A DNA stretch of 58,965 nt from an uncultured Faecalibacterium sp. (GTDB lineage Bacteria; Bacillota; Clostridia; Christensenellales; Aristaeellaceae). Under the pieces are notes generated by a model. The model was given only the letters and a program-made list of their open reading frames with translations. It was not told the DNA's origin and did not search any database. The stretch covers positions 1-58,965 of the forward strand of contig CAZJOA010000001.1 in the NCBI GenBank assembly GCA_964547515.1, in the 5' to 3' direction. Within the stretch, counting starts at the first letter, position 1. Every line of letters begins with the position of its first letter. Below are positions 17,957-26,004 of the stretch, piece after piece. The position numbers and the translations under genes are program-made.

Positions 17957-18241
17957 ATGACCGATATGAACACGAACATGATGCGCGAGGTCTTCAAGCT
18001 GCTGAGCAAGTACGAGAATCCGCCTGTTGGCCTGGATGAAGCCTGGTGGGCAGGTCTGACGCGGGGCGCGGCGGAGATTTACAACAAGTACCCGTCGCCA
18101 CTGACGCGCGGCCTGCTCTACGGTCTCATTGACGGCCAGGAGGAGCGGTACAAGCTTGCCCTGAGGGTCGAGGCGGAACGTCAGCGCGTGGCAGGTGAGC
18201 AGATGCAGATGGACACGACCTACGGCGGCACGCTTTCCTGA
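17957..18241 (+). CDS. hypothetical protein
   Basis: 94 aa. AAGGAGGTG RBS. No motif recognised. Confidence 0.5.
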   Translation: MTDMNTNMMREVFKLLSKYENPPVGLDEAWWAGLTRGAAEIYNKYPSPLTRGLLYGLIDGQEERYKLALRVEAERQRVAGEQMQMDTTYGGTLS

Positions 18242-18463
18242 CGGTGTCGAGACTCGGATCAGATGCCATGTTGGCCATCCTCATTGCCCTGTGGGGGTCT
18301 GGGAAGGTGAATGGAAGGACACAAAAAACGCGAATGCCTCTAAAACGCTCAAAAAAGGCTTCAGGAGCGCTTGCAGATTCGGACGGAGAAATTCACGAGG
18401 ATGATGCTGGAACGGCTCAGAGGGCGGTTTTTGTGAGAAAGAGGGGCGTTCACGGCGAAAGGA

Positions 18464-18850
18464 ATGGATATAACAGTGAATAGGCAACAGAAAAGGGCGC
18501 AGGAACGCGCAGAAGCAAAGGCTGCGGCAAAGATCAAGGCATTCCGCAAGACCAGCCTGCTGGCGGAGGATGTTCGCCAGCGGGCATGGCAGGAAGGGTT
18601 CAAGGAAGGCGAACGATTCGCCACAAAGGCCTTCTACGCCGCGTCCTGCGTCGCACTGCACAGGCTTTACGGCTTCCACGCAGTCCGGCTGGAGCGCTTT
18701 CTGCTGGCGGTGGAGGATATTGTTCTCCACACGCTGACGACTGAGGAGGCCATGGAGGCGGCGCTGAAGGAGGGCGGGATCAAGATCAACCTGGTCGAGA
18801 CCTTCCCCGAGGACAGGATCGGGAAGGAGAAGGATGCATGTGGAAAATGA
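18464..18850 (+). CDS. hypothetical protein
   Basis: 128 aa. Lys/Ala-rich N-terminus. The start lies inside the 19-nt block repeated at 13312. Confidence 0.45.
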   Translation: MDITVNRQQKRAQERAEAKAAAKIKAFRKTSLLAEDVRQRAWQEGFKEGERFATKAFYAASCVALHRLYGFHAVRLERFLLAVEDIVLHTLTTEEAMEAALKEGGIKINLVETFPEDRIGKEKDACGK

Positions 18851-20160
18851 CCATAATGGGAAAGACACGGCGATCATTGCTGCATCTGTTGCCCTTGATG
18901 GAACGCAATACTATATGGGTGTTGTCGTTTCGCAGAACAGCGAAATGTCAAATATGTATGAAGTGCATGATGCGGTAGTCGTGGAAAAACAAAAAGAAGG
19001 TAACACCGCTCTTACAAAGACTCCTTCTGCTGGTGAATACCAGACAAGGAGAGGCGGTGACCTTCCTATAGCTATTATACTCTCTGACCTTGCAAATTAC
19101 AATAGGGAATTTGCGAAAACTGAGCGTCAATACGCCCGCCGCGACACGGAATACCTGAGTGCAGTGGAAGCGGGAGACACCGCAGAAGCTCAGCAGATGG
19201 TGGATGAAGCGGCGGAGCAGGCGTTCAGCAAGAGCAAGATCAGGGGCGCTGAGGGGAAGCTGTTGAAGGTGTACCATGGGACGAATGCAGAATTCACTGT
19301 GTTCGACACCAGCAAACAAGGCGGCGTGAATGGCACGGTGGAAGGATATGGAATTTACCTTTCCGATAATCAGGATGTGACGAAAAATTATGGCGAACGC
19401 CAGATCGAAGCCTTTGCCAACATCACAAACCCGGCGACAAGCTGGAAGAAAACAATCACACAGGCGAAACTTGTGAAGCTCATCAAGGCATCCTGCACGC
19501 AAGAAGCACAGCGCATGGTAGAAGATGGAGAATACGACAACGTTCGCGAAGCCATGCGTGATACATGGATCAGCAACTACACCGATACCTATAGCGTTTC
19601 GATGGAAACAGCGATTCGAGATACGGCAAGAAGTATCCTTGACGTGAACGACGATGATATGAGCATCGTGCAGGAAGTCATGGCCGGGATGGCGATCCGT
19701 GGGTATCAGAATGGCCGACAAGGCCGGGAAAGCCCTGGACAAGATGACAGAGCCGACCACACGCGATGTGAATACCATCAGCATCAGGGACTATCAGGAC
19801 AACCGAGGGAACACAACACCCGTCAGCCATCAGCCCCGCCATGACGGCGAACCACTCGACAAGGGGACCGTGACCAAGTGGGTGGACGCGATGTGGGACG
19901 ATGACGGAATCAAGGGCGAGAAGTACACCTGGCATCAGGCGCAGCAGTATGCGCTGAACATGGGCATCACCGGCGAGCAACGGAAGTTGGAGTTTTACTG
20001 GGCGATGAACGCCATATACAGCGACTATCACGCTGCCGGAAAAAAGTTCGGTGTGGACGTGCCTGAATTCTACGCGTGCCTGGCGAAGCTCTTTATTGAG
20101 GATGCAGACGCAGTAGACAACAAGGTGCAGGAGTACGTCGAGCACGTTGTGAAGCATTGA
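18834..20160 (+). pseudogene. ART-like (polyvalent-protein type) gene broken by a frameshift
   Basis: ORF 18834-19844 contains KVYHGTNAEFTVFD...GYGIYLSD. It then runs into low-complexity sequence where ORF 19699-20160 continues in another frame with a 146-nt overlap. The 5' 270 nt are visibly lower in GC. Confidence 0.5.
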
Positions 20161-20217
20161 TTGGGCAGCTTGCGCGTAGCTTACCTAAATCCAGCAAATG
20201 CAGTGAAATGCACATTA

Positions 20218-20250
20218 TTCCCACCCCGCTTGGGGTGGGTGGATTGAAAT
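20218..20250 (+). CRISPR. solitary canonical type I-C CRISPR repeat (proposed attR hybrid)
   Basis: TTCCCACCCCGCTTGGGGTGGGTGGATTGAAAT. Has an 8-bp stem CCCACCCC/GGGGTGGG, a GCTT loop and a GGATTGAAAT handle, as in known I-C repeats. No further repeat downstream. Confidence 0.7.
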
Positions 20251-20372
20251 GAGGGGACGACCGGCGAGGTAGATGCATGGGCAAAAGAGCACAGAGATGA
20301 TCCCCTGTTTACCGACTGTTACGCGAGCAAGTATGTGTTTTGCCACAAGTAGAAGTAAGGAGAATGACGAAA

Positions 20373-20804
20373 ATGGTTGAACCGATGGTGCTTACAATCA
20401 ATGGCCGTGAGTACATTCAGGCAGCTGACTGGTGCAATGCAGTCGGCATGTCCTGTAATGCGTTTTACCAGCGCGTCGCCCGTGATGCGATGCCGGACGC
20501 GATCAAGGTAGGCCGAATCTGGATGATGCCCAAGGACGCGGCGCTCCCTGACCTCCGCAAGCGTCACCGCCCGGCGGAGGTGGTGGAAACGGTCGAACAG
20601 CACGGAACGACCTATTACATCAAGCGGTACGGCAACGCCTCGTACAAGGTGGGGTACATCAACCGCAACACCGGCCGCGAGACGCATCTGCCCTTGACGG
20701 TGGACAGCGTGGAGGCGGCGGAGGAATACATCAAGACCATGGCAAGCGTCGACCCAATGCACGAGCTGCATGGACGAAAAAATGAAGGAGGATACAAAAA
20801 ATGA
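20373..20804 (+). CDS. MGE-type HTH (Xis/MerR-like) protein
   Basis: ...EYIQAADWCNAVGMSCNAFYQRVARDAMPDAIKVGRIWMMPKDA. ATG 20373 lies 10 nt after AAGGAG. The track start at 20340 is a TTG. Confidence 0.5.
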   Translation: MVEPMVLTINGREYIQAADWCNAVGMSCNAFYQRVARDAMPDAIKVGRIWMMPKDAALPDLRKRHRPAEVVETVEQHGTTYYIKRYGNASYKVGYINRNTGRETHLPLTVDSVEAAEEYIKTMASVDPMHELHGRKNEGGYKK

Positions 20805-20965
20805 AGATTACGGATGGCAACGCACCGTCGAAATCAGAATGGTGGTTTGGCAGGAGACGAACTGGAGTCCTGACATGTCTCAAGATATTCTCGAGGCCTG
20901 TGGGCTTAAGCGCGATGATAACGATGCGTATATCCTGCTCGACGTCCCACCTCGCCTGGGGGTGA

Positions 20966-22803
20966 AATGAAATCGCATACCGTCAGGCGGTCAGGGAGTC
21001 CCTGCGCAAGCGCAACATCAGCTATGAGGCACTGGTGCGCAATAAGCTGGAAACGGCCATCAGTTTCGGGCAGAAAATGACCCTCGGCGGCGCGGAGGCG
21101 GAAGTCATCGCCGATGCATCCGAATACATGCTGCAGAACACGGAATTCATTCGCAAAGCCCCCAAGAGCGTCAAAAACACCATTAAGTCCACCATCAAGG
21201 AATTCGCGCGCAAGGTGCGCGAGGTCTTCGCCACCCTCACCGGCGGACACAGGGAGAGCCTCGCCCTCCGCGAACTGAACAAAAACATGATCCAATACGT
21301 GGACGGCCTACAGCAAAAGTGGGACATCGCTGCGGAAGAGATGGTGAATGGGGAGCAGGGGGAGCAAAATCAGCAGGATGTGCAGCAGACCGTGCCGATG
21401 GAGGACGTGCAGTTCAGCCTGCGAAATTCTGATGGCAAATATGACTACAGCAAATCTTTTGCCGAACAAGTGGACGACTGGAAAAATGGCAATTTCCCGA
21501 CAGGGGATTCTTTGTTAGTAGGACGCACAAGCGAGCTGTATCGTAAAATCGGCTTGGGCGACCTGCCGATGACGATCAATCAAAAGCATGTGGATTACAT
21601 CGTCAACGGAACAAAGGATGCGGATCACTTCATGGGTGAAGCATGGCTGAAAAAGCTACCAAAGATGTTGGAGAATCCTGTTGCGATTATCAGTTCGGAA
21701 ACTGACGCGAAGAACAGTGTTGTCGTTATTCTGTCCGGGGATATAGAAGGCAAGCAAATAATAGCTCCTGTCTATGTGAATGGCACAAGTACAAGCAACA
21801 GTCTGCGAATCGACAGCAACAATATTGCGTCTGTTTTCGGCAAAGGGAATGCTGTAACAAAGCTGCTGGCAAATGCTTTGCAAAAAGAAAACGCCCCAAG
21901 GCAGGGCGTTGGGATATATTATTGGAAAAAGTCCGAGGCTCGTAGCCTGTTCAGTGGTGCCGGGCTCCAATTGCCCGGAAGCTCTGTGCAGGACGGCCTC
22001 ATCCATAGTATATTCGATGCAGGTTCTGATGTCAACAGCAAAATGTTTTCATCTCAAACGGAAACCAGGCAATTCAAGCGGTGGTTCGGTGACAGCGAAG
22101 TGACGGACGACAACGGCGAACCGCTGGTGGTGTATCACACAACGAACAGCACCTTCACATCCTTTGACCGGGAAAAGCTTGGAACAGGCGCGGACAGCAA
22201 CGCGGCAGACGGCTACCTGGCTGCGACGGCGCATGTGGGCTTCTGGTTCAATACAAAGCAGCTGAACAACAAGGGCATGGGGAAAAACGCAATGCCGGTG
22301 TACCTGTCGGTGCAGAAGATGTATGAAGCGGGGACGCTGGATGGCTTGGTGGAGGAAATCTGGGACGCATATCCGGGCGATTACGACACGGAAGATCCGT
22401 CCATCGAACAAGCAGCGGAGGCGGGAGAATACTACCGGGGATTGCTTGAAAGCCGTGGGTACGACGGAATTGCAGTGGACGACACCGAATTCGGCGGCAA
22501 GTCATACATCGTGTTTGAACCGGAGCAGATCAAGAGCGCAACGGACAACGTCGGCACGTTCGACCCGCAGAACCCTGATATTCGCTACGCACGCCGGGAC
22601 GACCTAAGCATGATGGACGTGCGCCAGATCGTGGGAAGCATGGAGATCACCAGCAGCATGAATGCCACAGAGAAGGACATGCTGACACGATACAAAGCGA
22701 AACTCCTTGTCGTGCAGGACATGCAGTCAGAGATCGAGCGGCAGAAGGCCATCATCGACGGCGATGAGGCATCCGACGATGAGAAGACCGCCGCAAAGGC
22801 ATG
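20966..22803 (+). pseudogene. 5'- and 3'-truncated polyvalent-protein fragment with second ART-like domain
   Basis: The frame is open from 20966 with no ATG. LPD-like part: PMTINQKHVDYIVNG...NPVAIISS. ART-like part: EPLVVYHTTNSTFTSFD...GFWF...PVYLSV...YIVFEPEQIKSATDN. Sense reading ends at about 22803, where the composition changes. Confidence 0.5.
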
Positions 22804-22805
22804 CA

Positions 22806-23151
22806 TGACAATTCTATCTGTGATTTCAAAACGGATTAGGGGACATACTTTATTCGCAAGATTGGTCAGCAATACCTTGGCTGACTGCGTTCCAAACGGA
22901 ACCGGCTGATTGTTTTCATCCACCGATTCCAGTATAATCCAATCATCATTTACATGAAAGTGATGTTCCGTACATTCACAAGCAACCGTACCTCCCTCTG
23001 TACAGGAATAGTTGGTCTGCACATAGCATCCAAACACCCTGGACAATCTCTCGCGAACTTCCTCACTGAGATGTTCTCCACCGGTCATAATGATGACCGG
23101 ATTCACATGCAGATTTCCGCTTTCCTGTTCATATGCCTTGTCACCCATCAT
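22806..23151 (-). pseudogene. fragment of an adenylate-forming enzyme (PaaK/F390-synthetase-like), low GC
   Basis: ...IIMTGGEHLSEEVRERLSRVFGCYVQTNYSCTEGG...PLIRFEITDRI matches only the central part of PaaK/CapK-type ligases. Both termini are missing. GC is visibly lower than in the flanks. Confidence 0.5.
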
Positions 23152-23175
23152 TGACGCCGGCAGAAAGATTTCTCA

Positions 23176-23204
23176 TTGCAACAGCCGCGCTTTTCTGCTA
23201 CAAT
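23176..23204 (+). promoter_or_regulatory. promoter of the HD-nucleotidase gene
   Basis: TTGCAA (23176-23181), 17 nt, TACAAT (23199-23204). Confidence 0.5.
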
Positions 23205-23241
23205 AGTCAGGCAAATGACGATTATCGGAGGCCTTATCCCC

Positions 23242-23829
23242 ATGAAGCACCATTTCTTTGCCTATGTCAGCCGTCTGCGTTACATCCGCCGGTGGGGGCT
23301 GATGCGTTCGCTGATGCCGGAGAACGACGCGGAGCATTCCCTGCAAGTGGCGATGATCGCCCATGCCATCGCCATTCTCGGCCGCGACCGCTATGGCCGC
23401 GATGTCAACCCCGAGCATGTGCTGGCGCTGGGCGTGTATCACGATGCATCGGAGGTCATCACGGGGGACATGCCCACCCCGGTGAAGTACCATTCCAGCG
23501 AGCTGCGCACGGCCTACAGGGACGTGGAGGCCATGGCGAACGACCGCCTGCTGGCGATGCTGCCGGATGATCTGCGTCCGGCGTTTTCGCCGTACCTGTC
23601 CAGCGGTACGGACTACGATCACCGCGTGGTGAAGGCGGCGGACAACATCAGCGCGTATGTGAAATGCCTGGAGGAAAAGCGTGCGGGCAATCGGGAATTC
23701 GACGCGGCCGGGGAATCCATCCGCGCGGGTCTGACGCGCCATGACCTGCCCGAGGTGCAGGATTTCATCCGCGAATTCCTCCCGTCCTTCGAATTGTCCC
23801 TGGACGAATTGAATCAGTCGGCTGACTGA
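23242..23829 (+). CDS. YfbR-like HD-domain 5'-deoxynucleotidase
   Basis: LRYIRRWGLMRSLMPENDAEHSLQVA...GVYHDASEVITGDMPTPVK is a YfbR-type HD signature. Confidence 0.85.
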   Translation: MKHHFFAYVSRLRYIRRWGLMRSLMPENDAEHSLQVAMIAHAIAILGRDRYGRDVNPEHVLALGVYHDASEVITGDMPTPVKYHSSELRTAYRDVEAMANDRLLAMLPDDLRPAFSPYLSSGTDYDHRVVKAADNISAYVKCLEEKRAGNREFDAAGESIRAGLTRHDLPEVQDFIREFLPSFELSLDELNQSAD

Positions 23830-23859
23830 CGGAAGAATGTAACAAATCCGGCGAAAAAC

Positions 23860-23888
23860 TTGCAATTTGCCCGATCAGCCGCTATAAT
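23860..23888 (+). promoter_or_regulatory. promoter of the LCP gene
   Basis: TTGCAA (23860-23865), 17 nt, TATAAT (23883-23888). Confidence 0.5.
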
Positions 23889-23923
23889 AAAAAGGTGAAA
23901 CCCAATGGGGGAGGATGACCTGT

Positions 23924-25069
23924 ATGAAGACGATGAAGAGAATGCTGGCACTGCTGCTGATGCTGTGCCTGCTGCTTTCGACGGCGGTGCTGGGGGAAGC
24001 GATGGAGGATGAGGACGAGGACTTCTTCTTCGACCCGAGCGGCGAGATCGAGGTGCGCGAGGCGGATACGGTTGACGCGGAGGACGATGTGTACATCCCC
24101 GAGGACGACGAGGCGCTGACCGCAGCCATCGAAATCCTGGATGCCGAGCTGGACACCAGCGTCGACCCGAACAAGCTGGATCTGAACGCCAACCTGCCCG
24201 ACAATGTGGTCAACATCCTGCTCATCGGCGTGGATGGCCGCACGGATAAGATCGAGACGGGCACGCTCCATGGCGATGTGCAGATCATCGTGTCCATCAA
24301 CAAGGAGGACGGGTCAATCAAGCTGACCAGCGTCATGCGTGACCTGTATGTGACCATCCCCGGCTACAAGAACAAGAACCGCATCAATGTGGCGTATGCC
24401 CGCGGCGGCGGACAGCTTGCCATGCGCACCATCAACAGCCTGCTGGAGCTGAACATCGAGCGGTATGTGGTCATCAACTTCTATGGTCTGGCGTCCATCA
24501 TCGACAGCCTGGGCGGCATCGACATCGAGCTGACCAAGAGCGAAGCCAGCGCCATCAACACCTATCTGAAGAAGAATCCGCCCGCGTATGACAATCAGGA
24601 AAAGGGCTATCGGCGGCAGCAGCTGGAGAAGAAGAACGGCACGCAGCACCTGGACGGCGTTCAGGCGGTGATGTATGCCCGTCTGCGCTCCATCGACAAT
24701 GACTTCAAGCGGACGGAGCGTCAGCGTCACCTGCTGGAGCTGCTGCTGGCGAAGGTGCTGGACGGCGGCATGGATCTGAACAAGCTGATGGGTCTGCTGG
24801 AGGTCTGCCTGCCCTATGCGGAGACGAATATGTCCGCGTGGGACATGGTCGACCTGGCCATGGGCGTGCTGTCCTCTGACATCCTCACGCGGCTGGAGAG
24901 CGGCGATTCCCTCCTGGAGCAGAACCGCATCCCCATGGACGAGACGTGGAAGTACCACACCACCGAGGGCGGTGCATCCGTGGTGGCCTTCCGCAACAAC
25001 ACCCGCCTGAAGGAGAACATCGAGGGCATCCACGAGTTCATCTACGGCGAATACATCCCCGCGAACTGA
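23924..25069 (+). CDS. LytR-CpsA-Psr (LCP) family cell-wall glycopolymer transferase
   Basis: Signal/TM helix and acidic linker, then NILLIGVDGR...VMRDLYV...RINVAYA...INFYGLASIIDSLGGIDIEL. Confidence 0.85.
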   Translation: MKTMKRMLALLLMLCLLLSTAVLGEAMEDEDEDFFFDPSGEIEVREADTVDAEDDVYIPEDDEALTAAIEILDAELDTSVDPNKLDLNANLPDNVVNILLIGVDGRTDKIETGTLHGDVQIIVSINKEDGSIKLTSVMRDLYVTIPGYKNKNRINVAYARGGGQLAMRTINSLLELNIERYVVINFYGLASIIDSLGGIDIELTKSEASAINTYLKKNPPAYDNQEKGYRRQQLEKKNGTQHLDGVQAVMYARLRSIDNDFKRTERQRHLLELLLAKVLDGGMDLNKLMGLLEVCLPYAETNMSAWDMVDLAMGVLSSDILTRLESGDSLLEQNRIPMDETWKYHTTEGGASVVAFRNNTRLKENIEGIHEFIYGEYIPAN

Positions 25070-25119
25070 TCCGGAACGCAAAAAACATCAGAAAGACAGC
25101 GGATCAGCCGCAAAAGCCC

Positions 25120-25148
25120 TTTACATCCCGCGAAAAAAGTGTTATACT
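25120..25148 (+). promoter_or_regulatory. pyr operon promoter
   Basis: TTTACA (25120-25125), 17 nt, TATACT (25143-25148). Confidence 0.5.
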
Positions 25149-25172
25149 AACCGCCGGAAATCAGCGCAAACC

Positions 25173-25203
25173 CTTTAACTCAGCACGAGAGGCTGAAAAG
25201 GCA
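25173..25203 (+). promoter_or_regulatory. PyrR-binding loop of the pyr leader
   Basis: CTTTAACTCAGCACGAGAGGCTGAAAAGGC resembles the PyrR binding-loop consensus (..CCAGAGAGGCU..AAGG). Confidence 0.6.
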
Positions 25204-25265
25204 CGCAGCGATCCGAGTGGAATATACGCCGGGGATGAGCGAAAAGCAAACCCCAGCGCTGTGTG

Positions 25266-25303
25266 CGCCTGCCAGCCCAGAAATGTGCGGTAGGCGTTTT
25301 TTT
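25266..25303 (+). terminator. attenuator terminator of the pyr leader
   Basis: CGCCTGC...GCGGTAGGCG stem followed by TTTTTTT, 47 nt upstream of pyrR. Confidence 0.65.
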
Positions 25304-25349
25304 CTGCACATACGGAAAGTGACGAGAAGCGTTCAAGGAGGCAACCACG

Positions 25350-25913
25350 ATGGCGAACTATGGAAGCGGGATTCCCAAGGCACAGCTGATGGCGGGCGAT
25401 GCCATGAACCGCGCCCTGACGCGCATGGCACATGAGATGATGGAGCAGCTGGATCTGAACAACACCGTTCTGGTGGGCATCCGCCGCCGGGGCGTTCCGC
25501 TGGCGCAGCGCCTGAGCGCGATCATCGAGAAATACGAGGATGTGAAGTGCCCGGTGGGTGAGGTGGACATCGCGATGTACCGCGACGACCGCGATCCGTC
25601 CGAGCTGAAGATCAAGGTGCAGGGACAGCAGCTGCCGGTGGACGTGACCGGGCGCACCGTCGTTCTGGTGGACGACGTGCTGCACACCGGACGCACCGTC
25701 CGCGCCGCGATGGATGCCATTCTCGACCAGGGACGTGCCGCACGCATCTGCCTGGCCGTGCTGATCGACCGCGGACATCGCGAGCTGCCCATCCGGGCGG
25801 ACTTCGTGGGCAAGAATGTCCCCACCTCCCAGAATGAGAGCATCGGCGTGATGATGCAGGAGATCGACGGGGGCGACGGCGTCGCCCTCTATGACGGTCT
25901 GCTCGTCCGCTGA
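25350..25913 (+). CDS. pyrR: PyrR attenuation protein / uracil phosphoribosyltransferase
   Basis: 187 aa. VLVGIRRRGVPLA...VVLVDDVLHTGRTVRAAMDAI (PRPP-binding motif). Confidence 0.95.
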   Translation: MANYGSGIPKAQLMAGDAMNRALTRMAHEMMEQLDLNNTVLVGIRRRGVPLAQRLSAIIEKYEDVKCPVGEVDIAMYRDDRDPSELKIKVQGQQLPVDVTGRTVVLVDDVLHTGRTVRAAMDAILDQGRAARICLAVLIDRGHRELPIRADFVGKNVPTSQNESIGVMMQEIDGGDGVALYDGLLVR

Positions 25914-26004
25914 ACGGAAACGTGACCCTGTTGTTCCCCGACCCTGGGGTCGGTGTGCATATGTAACCCGTTTACCATACGACTGAGGAAGGGAAGTCTT
26001 ACCA

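Larger units (their letters stand above)
8005..20235. mobile_element. about 12.2-kb integrative, satellite/PICI-like or cryptic-prophage element inserted in the CRISPR repeat
   Basis: Bounded by two copies of the 17-nt core TCCCACCCCGCTTGGGG. Contents: integrase at the left edge, repressors, TA module, xis-like gene, recombination and replication genes, and an ori. No structural or lysis genes. Confidence 0.6.

Noticed and set aside
18244-18483. ORF of 79 aa (or 71 aa from ATG 18268) between the 17957 and 18464 genes.
   Set aside because: It has no convincing RBS or motif and overlaps the start of the next ORF. It may be a small membrane protein, but I could not support it.
8155-20185. Alternative att candidates: GTAGCTTACC is present at 8155-8164 (just 3' of the integrase stop) and at 20176-20185 (just after the last element gene), within a looser AGCTT.C.GCGTAGCT similarity.
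   Set aside because: The exact match is only 10 nt. The integrase terminator (8044-8082) would then fall outside the element. The 17-nt CRISPR-repeat core lies at more convincing boundary positions. It is kept as the main alternative to test.
20251-20372. Searched for a spacer plus a second repeat after the canonical repeat, and for reverse-complement copies anywhere in the window.
   Set aside because: No sequence resembling CCCACCCCGCTTGGGG or GGATTGAAAT recurs at a spacing of 30-40 nt or elsewhere. No array can therefore be called.
25914-26004. A possible second PyrR attenuator between pyrR and pyrP. The hairpin CCGACC-CTGG-GGTCGG is present.
   Set aside because: There is no PyrR binding-loop-like sequence and no T-run after the hairpin. 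Support is insufficient.
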